Source: Azolla caroliniana
Taxonomy: Eukaryota; Plantae; Polypodiophyta
Direction of reading: 5' to 3'
DNA length: 64,000 bases
Assembly (NCBI GenBank): GCA_043228905.1
Contig: JBHGNT010000006.1
Span: 15,128,001-15,192,000, forward strand
Shown here: in pieces, positions 46,680-60,181 of the stretch
How positions within the stretch are numbered: position 1 is the stretch's first letter
Layout of the letters: every line of letters starts with the position of its first letter
Program-made: the position numbers and the translations under genes
The notes under the pieces: generated by a model
Databases searched by the model: none
Told to the model about the DNA's origin: nothing
The model's input: the letters and a program-made list of their open reading frames with translations, nothing else

Positions 46680-49081
46680 CTTTCAGGCATCGATCCACAT
46701 ATATCTATGTGGACCAGTTCTAGGGGTTGTTGTATCGTCTCGTAGTGGAGAGAGTGCAGACTTCGGGTCTATTTCCTATAGCGACAACGCTCACAGAAGT
46801 TCTTCTTCGACTGGAGCTTCAGGATATAGTTGACCGCCATCAATCAGTCCAATCCTACTTGAGACATATGGCTGAGCCGGCCATGCCATAGGTTCCAGTC
46901 GGTTGATTCGGTTACATTCACCATGCCCTCCAGATTGATCACCATTAATGAATACAAGTTGTTGTCCTTGCATCCGTTCCAGATTTTCATGTTTCCTTGG
47001 TTGATCATCCATGTCGATTCACTGAGAGTCGTTCGGTACCCTTTTTTGGCTAGCATACCGATGGAGACCAAACTCCTTTTAAGCTCGGGTACATGCCGAA
47101 CATGGTGCAGGACAATCGTATTATCATTTGGCAATCGAGCTGGTACTTTGCCGATTTCGGCGATTTTACATTCCTGCCCATTGCCAAGTTGGACAGTGTC
47201 ATCGACTACGGCCGAATAGTTCGAAAACCATTCAATATCTAGGGTCACATGAAATGTGGCATCGGAATCCAGTAGCCAAATTTGTGTGTCCTAGACACCG
47301 TAAAGGACTTCTCCGATCATCGAGTCCTCCAGGGAGAGGATTTCTCCTAATCTGGAGTCAGCAACATTGATTTGGTTGCCGACGGGAGAACGGTTTGAGT
47401 CGAAATGACTTGAATTCCACTCAAACCGTCAACCATGCTCCTTTCTTTTAATTGACCAACAGTCGCAAACATTGTGACCAACGTTTCTACAATGGGTGCA
47501 AAAATCACTTGGTCGACTATTCCTCGATTTTGATTGGTGTTTCGATCGGTTCTTTCGACTTGTTCTCTCAATCGACTAGATCGATCGATCGATTCAGTCG
47601 AATGGTGGGCTTTTGCGGACTCATCGATGGTGAGTCCCATTGTTTTTCGCCAAATGTCCTCGATGAGGACTTGTCTGATCGTCCCATCTAGATTTAGATT
47701 TGGACAACTATTGGCAAAAGTCATGTAAAATACCTCCCAACTTGCCAACAAGCTCAAGAGGGCAAGGGCTTTAACTTCTTCTTCGAAGTTAATCTCTTGG
47801 GAGGAGAGTTCAGATAACACTCGACTGAAGGTGTTGATGTGGGAGGTTGCTAGATCCGTCTCTCTCATTGTCATGTTGAATAACTGTCGAATCAATATCA
47901 ACTTTGATGAGGAGGATATCTTCTCATACACCACATGTAGTTTTTCCCACAAAGAGAATGCAATCGTCTCCGTTGCCATATTGAAATAGACGTTTTCAGC
48001 CAGGTGCATTTGAATGGTGGATCTAGCTATTTCATCCATAGATCATCATTCTTCTACAGACATTAAAGCTAGCTTGGTAGTATGCCGAATGGCTTCAAGT
48101 TGTCGCCAGATGATGAGAACATCTTGCATCATTTCCTTCTAGAGGGCGACGCCACAGAAAACCTATCTTATGATCAATTATGGTTATGCACATAACATTC
48201 ATCCCTAACTTATAAAAAATATTCCATTTTTGCAATGACTATTTGATGCAAGTGTGGCGTCAGTATGGAAAATGAACCTATACATTTGAAGACTATGAAA
48301 GGTTCACAAACTTCCGGATTTCCACACTCATGCCGGACTATGCCAGGCGAAGTTCTTCCCATCTAACTTCCGGATTTCCACACTCATGCCAGACTATGTC
48401 GCCATTCTTTTACTAGAAGTAGATGTTGTTGATCTCGTCTTTTTCTCTCAACCGGATGACTTCTCTTCTTTGCTTTTCTACGATTCGTCGTCATTAGACA
48501 TCAAGGTCACTCTGATACCACTTTTTGTTATGTGTTAGATGAAGAATATGATAAGGACTTGCAAGGTAAGATGTGTATAGCAAACAACATAGATATGCAA
48601 TAAGAAGAAGAAGGAAGATAGAAGATGGACACAGATTAAGCTTCAATGGAAGTTCTCTCTTATTCTCTTCTCTATAACTTTTTTCACTCCAAAATATTCT
48701 TTACAATGTTATGCTTGAGCTTACATACTCAAGCCCTAACTAGAGAATGTGTTCACACTAAGGATATAAAATGGAAGGAGTCGGCCTTTTATGCCAACAC
48801 CCTACCTAGTGTGGGAACACACCCTAGTAATAGCCAAGTGTGTGAACACCCCACTACATTGTATCATAACTAATGTCTCATAGAAGTTAGTCCTATGACA
48901 CATAGTTAGTAGGTAGTTAAGTCTTTACCTCATTCCCAAGAGGTGGTTGTAGTGAGAGAGTATAGAGAGAAGGTCTGACATAAGCATCTTGTGAAAGATA
49001 ATGTACAGAAGCAATAGAAAAACGAACACAGAGAAAATGCGCAGGTTTAATGGAAAGCTTAGGTTTGCACAGTACGCACGG

Positions 49082-49130
<49 letters not shown>

Positions 49131-51380
49131 AAACACTAGAACTTGATTCAAAAATAATACTCAATCTGTACATAGGATGTGCTTAGTGAGCACTTTTATA
49201 CAAGCCCTGACAATCGGGCTGACACAAGTACTGACAGTACTTGACTACTCATAAATGAGCCTCGACACTTACTCCCAAAACTATTCCTTACGAGGAATAT
49301 CTTTCTAACGGCCTTTCGGTCTACACACTGATACGGCCTCTCGTTACGCACCGGTTTGCGTACCGGTTTACGCATCCGTTTTACGCACTGTTCCGGCCTA
49401 ACCAATCGGTCCTAACTGATCCGGTCCTCGGCTTGCTCAGCCGATCTGGCCGATGTTGACCTTGTCTCTCAACGCTCCCCCTCAAGCTCAACTTGAGGCT
49501 CTTCGGGATCTTCTGGATCACCGTTCTGGTTCCTCCTGGCTCCACGCCTCGCTCGCACTCCTCGGCCTGTTCAACTCCGCGCGCTTCGACCCTTCTGGTC
49601 AGCTTGTCTGCTCCCACAGCCCTTCACAGCTCCCTTGTTGTTGTAGTGTTGGCGCTTCCCCTGCTGCCTTCTTTTCCGCTTGGCCCTCGGTTCATTCAGT
49701 GTATCTGAATCAAACATCCGAACTGACTTGGCTACCTACGATCGGTTTTCGCTCTCGTCCGAGTTGGCTGTCTCCAACTCGTCTTCGGTCTTCTTGCCCT
49801 TGATGGCGTCATCTCCCCCATGCTTGGTTGGCTTTGGCTCTTTCTTCCGACTGCTCCCCTTATGTCCGCTTTCGGACTCTTCTGCGGATCCGCCCTCGGC
49901 TTCCTCAGCCGATCCGAAGTCGAATTCGTCATCCGTCTCGACACCACGGTCTTTTCCGCTCCTTTCCTGCTCCCTTCCGTGGTCATCTGGGATGCCTCTC
50001 CCCCTCAAGTTCGGCACGTCGAGGTGACGCAACCCAAGCGCACCCGAGAATTTCCGCAACTTGTCCAGACCAAGAGGCTTGGTGAAGATGTCGGCAGTTT
50101 GCCGATCCGTCGGAACATACTGAAGTTCAACTTCACCAGAAAGGACACGCTCACGGACAAAATGGTAGTGCACCTCAATGTGTTTGGTCTGTGCGTGGAA
50201 GACAGGGTTCTTCGCGAGTTGGATGCTGCTGAGGTTGTCGCAGTAGATCGTCGTCGGATAGGACACCTCCACCTGCAGATCCTTAAGTAGCCGCTTCAAC
50301 GATATGGCTTCGCATGTCGCGACAGCCGCTCCTCTATACTCCGCTTCGGTGCTCAACAGTGCAACTGTCGGCTGCTTCTTACTGCTCCACGCGATCGCGG
50401 CACTCCCAAGAGAGAACGTGTATCAAGACGTGGATCGGCGATTGGCGGCGTTTCCAGCCCAATCAGCATCGGTGTAGCCAACCAACTGCGGGGCTAGACC
50501 GGTCCAAAATAGCAGTCCTCGATCCTTAGTGTCGCTTACGTACCGCAGCCAGTGCAGCAGAAAAGAATTTCGGTTATAGAATGGCCGGTCTCTTTCATTT
50601 GCTTATGATCAAAGGCCGGCAGAGAAGTAGCCGTACAGATAGCATAGGCTGCGACATATTCTTGCAGAGAAAACAACTTCGAGAATGATAACCCGTAGGT
50701 ACCGGTGGGTTCGATCAGTCCCTGGAGTTCGCTAGGTGATATCTATATGGCAAGGAGGATATGAAGCTATCCCTACGGAATCCAATCCCTGTGGTCCTAG
50801 ATCGGTCCCGAAGCACTAGTCCGGTACCTGCTGCAATCAGTCCCTATGGTACTTGTTGCAACCAGTCCCAAACCCAAAGGTTTGCTACGCTGCCGTTGTA
50901 GGCATAGTTGGTACCGATGTTCACTGAGATTGGGAATCCCCGCTTCGTGCTGATCGTATCGTATTCTCTTCGCTTATTGCAATTGTGGTAATTGAGGCTT
51001 TGCTTTGTATTCTCGAAGTACGAACGCTAGCTGATCGCTTCGTATCCTTTCAACCGTTGAGGAGCTGCAACTGCTTGGCGTTGTCTATGGCCATGATTGT
51101 ATTGCGGCGGGCGGGGACAAGAAAAATCTCTCCAATCTATGATCGAACCGAAGAGAGTGAGGGGAACCAACCTCCCTTCGGGGGTGTAGATGGCACGTGC
51201 AAAGGGATTCAAGACTACTCAAGAAAGGCCTGTTGAAGCTTGAGTAACGAATAGCTATTTCCGCATGCATAGATGAATTGATGGGGTGGGAGCGCTATGT
51301 CGTCCCAAGAACCCATCACACCATCAAACAAAAATTTAAAATACCCTCAAATGAATTTTTGCATTTAGATAAAGCTATTC

Positions 51381-51446
51381 GAGCCGGATGAGGGGAAACA
51401 CTCATGTCCGATTCCGAGGGGGGGACCTTTTTTTACCTATCCCAAT
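51381..51446 (+). other. Group II intron domains V-VI (3' end of the plastid rpoC1 intron)
   Basis: GAGCCGGATGAGGGGAAACACTCATGTCCGATTCCGAGGGGGG...CTATCCCAAT, directly before the rpoC1 exon sequence. Confidence 0.85.
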
Positions 51447-51670
51447 CTTTTTCTTGCTAGGCCTGTGGCTAAGAGACCGACCTCATCAATATTGCGAGGC
51501 TTGTTCAATTATGAGGATCGATCCTGGAAGAACGTTCTTCCTACTTATTTCTCCACTCGGAATTTCGAGATCCTTCAAAGAAATGAAATAGCTACTGGGG
51601 GGGATGCTATCAAAAAAAGGTTAGCTAGTTTAGATATGAGAAGTGTTATGGATAGTGCGTATTTGGACTA
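51447..51670 (+). pseudogene. rpoC1: Plastid RNA polymerase beta' subunit, start of exon 2 (plastid-derived fragment)
   Basis: LFLARPVAKRPTSSILRGLFNYED.SW...EIATGGDAIKKRLASLD matches the rpoC1 exon-2 N-terminus. Confidence 0.85.
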
Positions 51671-51700
51671 GGTACCCTGGGACACTGGGGGTCACTCCAT

Positions 51701-51888
51701 TTTATTATATACGCCTGGTGAAAATAATGTATTTCGATACGCCTAAAAGATGGATTCTATATAAACCAATGGATCCTGAGAAATCGTTGCTACTAGCTAT
51801 TAGTTTCTCGTCGATTAGTTTCCTCTTCTTATACCTTTCTCTGCTTTTCCTAGTCACTCATGAAATGGCACGTTGTCTATGTATTTGA
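51701..51888 (+). pseudogene. nad2: Mitochondrial NADH dehydrogenase subunit 2, last exon (NUMT fragment)
   Basis: FYYIRLVKIMYFDTPKRWILYKPMD.EKSLLLA...LVTHEMA followed by a stop; 188 bp, preceded by an intron-like end ...CACTCCAT. Confidence 0.9.
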
Positions 51889-54551
51889 GTGGTCTCATTG
51901 AATCTCTTCACTTCGGGGTGGGGGTCCGCCCCCTTTTTTCCCGCCTGCTGCTTTTCACTTTAGTTGCAGTTGTATGCCGTGGACACACGGATAGATTCAT
52001 TCCCTAATATCCCCGGCTCGGACGCCCGCCCTTTCTGGGTCCTCCTATCCCATGAATATGTTTGCAGGGTTAATCGGGTCGGACAGAGGGGTTGCGCACA
52101 CTGAAGGTGCTCCTCGGTAGGTCACGCCATAAACTGACTGATCACCCCGACCGGATAACTGAGATCGGGTCGGGTGATTGTCAAGTAGATAAGGCTTCCG
52201 ACAATTTGTCGGAAGCTTGTCGGATCGCAAACCTTGCCGAAATTGGGGCGAAGCTTGACGGTTCTATCCAGAGGAGTCGAGACAGACTTACAGTCGGCCA
52301 TCCCGAATTTGAAGAGCATATTCAACGCGTAATGGGCTAATCAGTATGCCTTCGGGGGTGCGGATCACTTCGATCCCGAGGAAGTAATGAAGGTCCCCTA
52401 GATCCTTCATGTCGAATGATGCTACAAGCTAGAGCTTCACACGGTCGATTTCGCCTAGGTCGGCGCCGGTGATGACCAAGTCATCAACATATAGTAAAAA
52501 ATTGACCGGCCCGAGTCGACCTTTCCAGATGAACAGGGAAGAGTCTGATTTGGATGTTGCGAAGCCCAACCGACGCAGTTGCTGCGTGATCTTCGAGTTC
52601 CAAGCACGAGGGGCTTGCTTCAGTCCGTAAAGGGACTTCTTCAATCAGCACACCGCCGAAGTGTTCGTTCCGGAGTGAAATCTGGGGGATTGTACCATGT
52701 ACACTTGTTCCTCAAGCTCACCTTGCAGGAATGCATTCTTTACATCCATCTGATGTAAGTGCCACCCCTTTGCCGCAGTTACCGTGAGCAAAACACGGGC
52801 AGTCGTCATCTTCGCGACCAGCGCAAACGTCTCATCGTAATCGATGCCGTGTTTCTACGCGTAGCCTTTTGCCACTGACCGGGCCTTGTATCGGTTGACC
52901 GAGCCATCGGTGTTGTACTTGACCTTGTACACCCACCTACATCCGATCGGCTTCACACCCTTCGGTGCGTCAACAAGGTCCCAACTCTCATTTTCTGCCA
53001 ATGTGTGCATCTCTTCCTCCATTGCAGCGCGCCAATTCGCGTCCTTAGTTGCTTCTGCGTAGCTCTCTGGCTCATGCACTTCCGCTACATGGGTCATGTA
53101 CGCATAATGATGCGCCATGCACTTGTTGTATCCGAACCGCACAACTAGGTTCTTCTGGCGGGTAGATCGGCGTAATCGGTCAATAGCCAATGTCGAGGTC
53201 TTCTCGACCGACGCGGACTTCGCTCTTGAAGACCCGTCACCGCTCCCCTCGGAGTCGGAGTCACGTCGGTCTGACCCGTTCCTATCCGTGCCAGAATCCG
53301 ACACCTTCTTCTTCCCTTTCTCTTTGCGCGTAAGCCGTCTCTTCGGCTTCCTGCGCGGTGAATACACGGCCGAGTCTCCACTACTCGCCGACTCTTCATC
53401 GAACTGGTCGAACCGACTCAGTCGTCCATTCGGTCCACTTAACCGAACGAAATCAGACTCTCTTCGCGGGTCCCGATTTCAGGCTCATCCGGAGGCATCT
53501 CGGCCTTGCTGACCTCATCGTCAGAACTCAGATTGGAGGGGAGGTTCGGAGTCAGAGGCAAGTACCAAGACGCGGACTCGTCAAACACAACGTCACGGCT
53601 CACGCGCGCTTGTTTGGTGCATGGGTTATGGCACTTATAACCCTTCTGTTCGTTCGAATAGCCGACCAAGATACACTTCTTGGCTTTCGCGTCCAACTTC
53701 CTCCTTTTCTCCTTCGGCACATGTACATACGCAATGCTACTGAAAACTCATAAGTGTCGCAAGTTCGGCTTCATTCCGAAATATAGCTCATGCGTCGACA
53801 CTTTGTCTCCGATCCGGTTCTGGATGTATACCGCGGTCCTTACCGCCTCGGCCCAGTAGAACTTGGGCAAGATCTTCTCCTCTAGCATTGCCCGTGCCGC
53901 TTCCACAACCGACCGATTCTTCCTCTCGGCCACGCCGTTTTGCTCCGGCGTGTATCTACAACTGAATTCACGCCGAATTCCCATCTGATGCAAATAGCCG
54001 TTGAATTGATCGGAAAAGTACTCTTTTCCACCATCTAACCGCAGGCACTTGATCTTTCGTCCTGTTTCCGTTTCCACGAACCCTTTGAGGTCCCGGAAAT
54101 TATTAGAGATTAGGTACTAAAGTAAGCATAAAATAAGGATATATCAATGATAGATCTAGAAAGAATAGAGAGAAAAGAGAGAAAGAAGGGTGCCGATCCA
54201 CCCGACCACCCCCGAGCGAAGGGATCGAGACGGACTCGAGCCTCGATCGGCGTCCCATACCACCGCCTTGGCGTCGAGTCGTACCTGGATGATAGCGCGC
54301 TTGCTACAAGAGTCGTTCCACTCACGGACAGAGTCTCGACGTAGTCAATGCATGATGAAATGAGGGTAGCTAGGCCTCTTATTTATAGTAATTCTCAAGG
54401 CCCCCAGCCATGTTCACACTTGGCCTCATGGGTTGTCTCAATCCCGAGGATTAAAAGTAATCCTCCCCTTCTTTAGACTCTTTGTTTAACCCTCACACTT
54501 ATCCACGTGTATAGAATACTACGACAATTCTCACCACGGGATATTATATGG

Positions 54552-57500
54552 TCATGCCCGTAACATACTCCCCCTCTTTAAAACATTGCACTCTTGCAAT
54601 GGAAAGTTAGGGAAGTTAGTTGTTAGAGTCGTTTCGCGTTCCCATGTGGCATCTTTGATTGATTTATCCATCCATTTTATTTTAAATTCTCGGATTTCCT
54701 TAGTACGTAATTTTTTTGTTTTAACATCGAGAATTCTTTCTGGTACATGTGGTTTAGAAGATAAATCTTCAGAAGTAACCAGAGTTTCAGTTGTAACTGT
54801 ATTGTCGCCAGAACCTAGAAGTTCTTTTAGACGACTTACATGAAAGACTGGATGGATTCCAACACCATCGGGAAGAGCGAGACGATAGGCTGATGATCCA
54901 ATGCGTTTGAGGACTGTAAAAGGTCCACAAAACCGTGGGGCTAACTTAGCGCACTTACCCGTAGACAGTGTCTTAGAATTGTGAGGTACACGTAAAAATA
55001 CCTTCTGTCCAGGGCTGAATACACGAGGTTGCCTATGATGATCGGCATAAAAACGCGCTCTATCTTGAGCTGTTTTTATATTATCCCGTGCAATATGCAA
55101 CATATCTTGCATATCCCGAAGAAAGTTTTGCATACTTCGCAACTCATCATGATGTATATTAACATCAATCGGGGCTCGTGGCTGAAATCCATACATCAAC
55201 ATAAAAGGACTATATCCCGTCGACGTATGCTTGGAGCTGTTATAAGCAAACTCCAAAATTGGGAGGTAACGTTCCCATTTTGTTGGTTTTGCACCAACGT
55301 ATGCTCGAAGCATGTCCTCAATAATTTGATTTACTCGTTCTATCTGTCCATCGGATTGAGGATGATCCGTGGAGCTCATGCTCAACGTAGTTTCTAACTT
55401 CTTAAAGACTTGCGTCCAGAAGTCACTAGTAAACTTTGGATCTCGGTCACTCACGATATCCATCGGTAACCCGTAAAAACGAAATAACTCATCAACGAAT
55501 TGGTAAGCCAATTCAGGAGCTGTTACCGTGGTTTTAGTAGCAATAAATCTGGCCATTTTAGTTAGTCTGTCAACCACAACCCATATGGCATCATGACCTT
55601 TTTGGGTGCGAGGAAGGCTAACAATAAAATCCATGGATATACTTTCCCACTTATTATTGGGAATGTCCAAGGGATGTAAAAGTCCTGCGGCTTTAAGTCG
55701 CTCGGCTTTGTTAACCTGACATTGGTGACATTTAGTCACATAGCTATGTATGTCAGGACGCATCTTAGGCCAATAAAATTGAGTGGAGATGAGAACGAGT
55801 GTACGATGTATTCCAGGGTGCCCTGCTGAGGGTGCATCATGGCATTCAAAAAGAATTCTCTTTTTTACCTCAGGCAAATCTGGAACACAAACCTTCCCAT
55901 TACGGTAGAGCAGACCGTTAGCAATGTGGAAGTATTCCTTCGAGGGTGTGGTGGTGTCTATTCCAGACTCGACTCTTGCCCAGTATTTTGCAAAATAATT
56001 GTCATCAGGATACTTTCCTCGAAGGTGATCATAAAGATCTGATGTTATTTCAGTGAAGCTAAGCATGTTAACTTCACGGATGCGACTTAGTGCATCAGCG
56101 ACAGTATTCATGGAACCTTGACGATATCGTATGGAAAAATCAAAGTCCTGGATGAGATCAGCCCATCGTGCCTTACGACCTTTCAGGTCTTGTTGGTCAC
56201 AAAAATATTTCAAGGACTCGTGGTCCGTAGTTACCACAAAGCGATTTCCATAAAGATAATGGCGCCATGTTTTGAGCGCATGTATAACCGCAAATAATTC
56301 CTTTTCTTGAACGGTATACCGACATTGAGCAGAATCAAGTTTCTTACTCTCGAATGCTATTGGTTTACCATCTTGATACAAGACAGCACCTATAGCATAA
56401 TCGCTTGCGTCGGTTTCAACCTCAAAAGGTTTTGAAGGATCGGGTAAAAGAAGTGAAGGAGCCTTGCATACCAAGTCCTTGAGTTCCTTAAAGGCGAGGT
56501 CTAGTGTAGCATTCCACACAATAGGTTTTGTAGACTTACGCGTTTGACCTTTTAGAAGATCAGTAAACGGCGTCGTCAATTGTGAGTAATTACGAAGAGA
56601 TTTTCGCAAAAATCCGACAAAACCAAGGAATGAGCGAACTTCTCGAATATTCCGAAGAGTGGGCCAAAGCTTGATTTTCTCGATGCGAGAAGGATCAATT
56701 TCAACTCCTCGTTCGGTTATGAGATGTCCAAGATAAGTAATTGATTTCTTGAAGAACTCACATTTTGAGATCTTCGCGTAAAATTGTTTGTCACGCAATA
56801 TTTGTAAAACAAAGCGGACATGTCTAGCATGTTCTTGTAATGTACGGCTATAAACTAAAATATCATCTAAGAAGATAACGACAAATTTTCCAAGTTGTTC
56901 TCGGAAAATGTCATTCATTTCTTGTTGAAATGTAGCCGGAGCATTGGTCAAACCAAAAGGCATAACCAAAAACTCATAATGGCCGTAGCGCGTACGAAAT
57001 GCTGTTTTAGGAACATCGTCCTCACTTATTCGTATTTGATGGTAGCCAGTACGGAGATCAAGTTTCGTAAAATACCGAGCTCCCTGGAGACGGTCAATTA
57101 GATCGTCAGCCCGGGGCAATGGGTACGAATTCTTGATCGTCACTTTATTCAAGCGTCGGTAATTAATACACATACGCCATGTGCCCTCTTTCTTTTTAAC
57201 CAAGAGAACTGGTGCACCCCATGGAGATTTACTATAACGTATATAACCCATTCGTAAATAGTCCTTAAGTTGCTTAGCTACCTCATCCTCTTCAGATCGA
57301 CTTAGGCGATACGGAGGTATACTAATGGGTGCAACGCCAGGTACAATATCTATACGATGGTCTATATTACGTTTAGGAGGTAAACCATCGGGTAGTTCAC
57401 TCGGAAAAACATCACGAAAATCGTTTACGATTTCATCAAGTTGTTTTTGTTCAAAATATGTTAATTGACCCGAGACATTATCGATATTGTAAACGTGAAT

Positions 57501-58985
57501 GTCCGGATCAAGTACACAATAAAATAACGTAGAACAAGACAACTCGGATATTGATGGACACGAGGAAACAATCGAGAGGGATTGTTTTTTTACACATTGA
57601 ATAAAATGCGTACAATCGTTGAGTACAAAAGAAATGGAATGGCGAACCCAATCAATAAATAAAGAAGAGCTTTTATTATAAAACCAGGGATAACCCAGTA
57701 TTACATCGGTGGTACTAAGATTCATTACATGGAAGTCTACTTCCTCTATATAGGTATCAATAGAAATTCCTAAAGAATGAATCGCCCCGTTGATGTGTTG
57801 TACTCTTCCATCAGCCAAGTGCACCGTGTAGGTGTGATCACTTACGGTGGGTTGGATTCCCCATATCTGTACCAAACGATCATTCACAAAATTGTGTGAG
57901 CTTCCCGAATCAAATAAAAATTGTATGGGAGATCCATTGATATACCTGTTTGCACGTAGTAAATCATTGGGACCCAATACATAATGAGGGAAAGAACATT
58001 GACAATTACTCAAATGATGTGTATAGACCTGAAGGACATTAGGAATCTGACCTTTATGGTCTGTAGCTTTAGGTTTGGCGTCGTGCTCTTTTCGTTGGAG
58101 CTTACGACATTGCTCTTTTGTATGACCCTTCTTTTTGCAGAATACGCAAAAAGGATGTTGTCGCTTATAATCGCGATCCATGAATTCGTTGGGTGTCTTG
58201 CGTTTCCCAACGAATTGCGACTGCTTAGTCCCGGGCGCTTCGTTGGGTTTGTTATGGTCCTTCTTCGAAGTGCGTTGATAGCGAAGAACTATCTCAACGG
58301 CCTCTTCGAAGGATTTTGGATCCTTATCGTGCACTATCCAGTGATAGTCCGAATTGGGGATGCCATTGACAAAACAAGCTATTAACCAATTGTCCCCTTC
58401 TAGACCCGATTTTTGGATTTGGGTTCTAGCATGGTGGACATAGTCTTCTAGCGAGGAAAACTTCCTGCTAGAGAGGTTCATTAAAGCTTGTGTTGCCTCG
58501 GTTCGAGAGGGAGGTTGTAGAAATTGACCCTTGAAAACTGTGACAAAGTCTGTCCAGGTCTCGGGCAATCTCCCCAAAGTTCGGAGCCCACGCCACCAAG
58601 CGGCGGCCTTACCCCCTAGTTCTCGGCCGACATATGCAATCTTCGTACTATCTGGCGTGGGATAGAGCTCAAAATGAGACTCCCATCGGCCCAGCCACGT
58701 GTAGATTGCTTCTTCGGTTCTTTCCTTTTTATCTCCCGTAAATGGCTTTACGACAAATGATGGTTCACCCTGACGCTCATCAGGTCTATTAATCTCATTT
58801 TGGAGACTAATGACTCGTGCCTCGAGAGCACTTTGAGATTGCCGAAATTCGGTCAACTGCTGCGCGGTTGAACTAAGGAAATGTTGTACTTGTAAAATAT
58901 ACGCCTCAATGGACATTGTCCCAGGAGGATTTCCTTGAGGTCTTTCCGCTTGAGCGGAGGGCATCGGGTCGTTATTCTGAGCCAT
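54552..58985 (-). CDS. Single-ORF gag-pol with C-terminal group-II-type chromodomain (upstream in-frame ATGs to 59075)
   Basis: [14 protein letters not shown]; LFDSGSS; LDLRTGYHQ; FLDD; ETDASD; [10 protein letters not shown]; SMDF; SDRD; FCGPF; PERILD...KW...ATWE. The ORF runs through the PPT into the 3' LTR. Confidence 0.96.
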   Translation of the reverse strand: MAQNNDPMPSAQAERPQGNPPGTMSIEAYILQVQHFLSSTAQQLTEFRQSQSALEARVISLQNEINRPDERQGEPSFVVKPFTGDKKERTEEAIYTWLGRWESHFELYPTPDSTKIAYVGRELGGKAAAWWRGLRTLGRLPETWTDFVTVFKGQFLQPPSRTEATQALMNLSSRKFSSLEDYVHHARTQIQKSGLEGDNWLIACFVNGIPNSDYHWIVHDKDPKSFEEAVEIVLRYQRTSKKDHNKPNEAPGTKQSQFVGKRKTPNEFMDRDYKRQHPFCVFCKKKGHTKEQCRKLQRKEHDAKPKATDHKGQIPNVLQVYTHHLSNCQCSFPHYVLGPNDLLRANRYINGSPIQFLFDSGSSHNFVNDRLVQIWGIQPTVSDHTYTVHLADGRVQHINGAIHSLGISIDTYIEEVDFHVMNLSTTDVILGYPWFYNKSSSLFIDWVRHSISFVLNDCTHFIQCVKKQSLSIVSSCPSISELSCSTLFYCVLDPDIHVYNIDNVSGQLTYFEQKQLDEIVNDFRDVFPSELPDGLPPKRNIDHRIDIVPGVAPISIPPYRLSRSEEDEVAKQLKDYLRMGYIRYSKSPWGAPVLLVKKKEGTWRMCINYRRLNKVTIKNSYPLPRADDLIDRLQGARYFTKLDLRTGYHQIRISEDDVPKTAFRTRYGHYEFLVMPFGLTNAPATFQQEMNDIFREQLGKFVVIFLDDILVYSRTLQEHARHVRFVLQILRDKQFYAKISKCEFFKKSITYLGHLITERGVEIDPSRIEKIKLWPTLRNIREVRSFLGFVGFLRKSLRNYSQLTTPFTDLLKGQTRKSTKPIVWNATLDLAFKELKDLVCKAPSLLLPDPSKPFEVETDASDYAIGAVLYQDGKPIAFESKKLDSAQCRYTVQEKELFAVIHALKTWRHYLYGNRFVVTTDHESLKYFCDQQDLKGRKARWADLIQDFDFSIRYRQGSMNTVADALSRIREVNMLSFTEITSDLYDHLRGKYPDDNYFAKYWARVESGIDTTTPSKEYFHIANGLLYRNGKVCVPDLPEVKKRILFECHDAPSAGHPGIHRTLVLISTQFYWPKMRPDIHSYVTKCHQCQVNKAERLKAAGLLHPLDIPNNKWESISMDFIVSLPRTQKGHDAIWVVVDRLTKMARFIATKTTVTAPELAYQFVDELFRFYGLPMDIVSDRDPKFTSDFWTQVFKKLETTLSMSSTDHPQSDGQIERVNQIIEDMLRAYVGAKPTKWERYLPILEFAYNSSKHTSTGYSPFMLMYGFQPRAPIDVNIHHDELRSMQNFLRDMQDMLHIARDNIKTAQDRARFYADHHRQPRVFSPGQKVFLRVPHNSKTLSTGKCAKLAPRFCGPFTVLKRIGSSAYRLALPDGVGIHPVFHVSRLKELLGSGDNTVTTETLVTSEDLSSKPHVPERILDVKTKKLRTKEIREFKIKWMDKSIKDATWERETTLTTNFPNFPLQECNVLKRGSMLRA

Positions 58986-60181
58986 TGAATGATTATTTCT
59001 GGCAAAGAAATAAGATAAGGTCAGACAAATAGTCATAACATCTTGTCGTGGTGTAAACATATCATGGGCAAACATTAATCGATATCATGATCTCACGTCA
59101 ATACCCCTCTAGACGTATGAGATGAGGTTCAAGATCAGGTTACTATGGTAACACAGAGGTGTTTTAAAAACCATGGGGGTGACAAATGAATGCCTTTCCC
59201 TGATCTCTATATCGATTTTTTTCATGGCGGCTCCCCGAGGCTCAACCATGTATGTTCGCGTCATGAATAGTTTATACACGAAAAAAATGTTAACAATAAC
59301 TATGTTTCTGTGCCCACATATGTGGTTTCGGCTCTTTAAGTCCTATTACGAGGACCCCGAAGTGCACTTAGACCTAAAGTCTAAACATGTATTATAGTCA
59401 TATGTATCAACGATGTTGTATGGTGTTGGTCATATTTGAACTCGAGACCTCGAGGACAAATACATTAAACACTTGAGCCAACCAAGTAGATTGCGCGTCT
59501 TGAATGTTTAATGTTTGAGGCGTATTCGAGATATGCGAGGCATTTGCCCCTATATGTTTTTGTTTAAAAGAAACATATAGGTCAAGTGGCCTTATTTCTC
59601 CCTCATTTATTACCCACTATGGTTGTACGCTACCTAACCTCAAGCCTCGTAATTACGATGGCATATGCCAAAGTGTAACCTAATGGTCAAGCCGAATGAG
59701 CCCTTGTGTCTTCGTAGGCTCATGTGGCCCATCACATGGTCACGTCATTACGAATGGCGCTCGTAAGAACGAGCTCATGGTGGCATCGTATCCATGTAAC
59801 GAGGGGAGATGTTGGATACGTGTGTCATTAGAGCGACCCTACTTGATGTGGATCAAGCCCGACGTATTCAACATCATTTTGGCTATACGAGGTTCGTTAC
59901 GTAACGAAATATCAAAGTGACCAACGGGAATTTCAACAATAAAAATTGTTGATAAAAGGGATGGTGACAACGCCATTCTCACAAAAATGTGAGGACGGCC
60001 ACCAAAATCCTCTCCCCAAGTAGGAAAACATTTGATATGAATCACGTAATCTAAAATATACACATATGTCAATATATCACATATATACGATCAGAGACGT
60101 ATATAAGTGACCACATATGCGTATACTAAATGAATCGTTTTTTTTATATAGCCAACAATGATGTATTCGGGATACGTAATC

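Larger units (their letters stand above)
50550..52090. other. Nuclear insertion of organellar DNA (mitochondrial plus plastid mosaic) in the Copia G RT
   Basis: The Copia frame EHLQCAQ|LRYVSDTKD is split here; the insert contains the rpoC1 and nad2 pieces listed below. The origin of 50550-51330 was not positively identified. Confidence 0.85.

Noticed and set aside
51381-51888. Functional nuclear rpoC1 or nad2 genes, or a mobile group II intron
   Set aside because: Short fragments lacking starts and most intron domains, embedded in a Copia RT.
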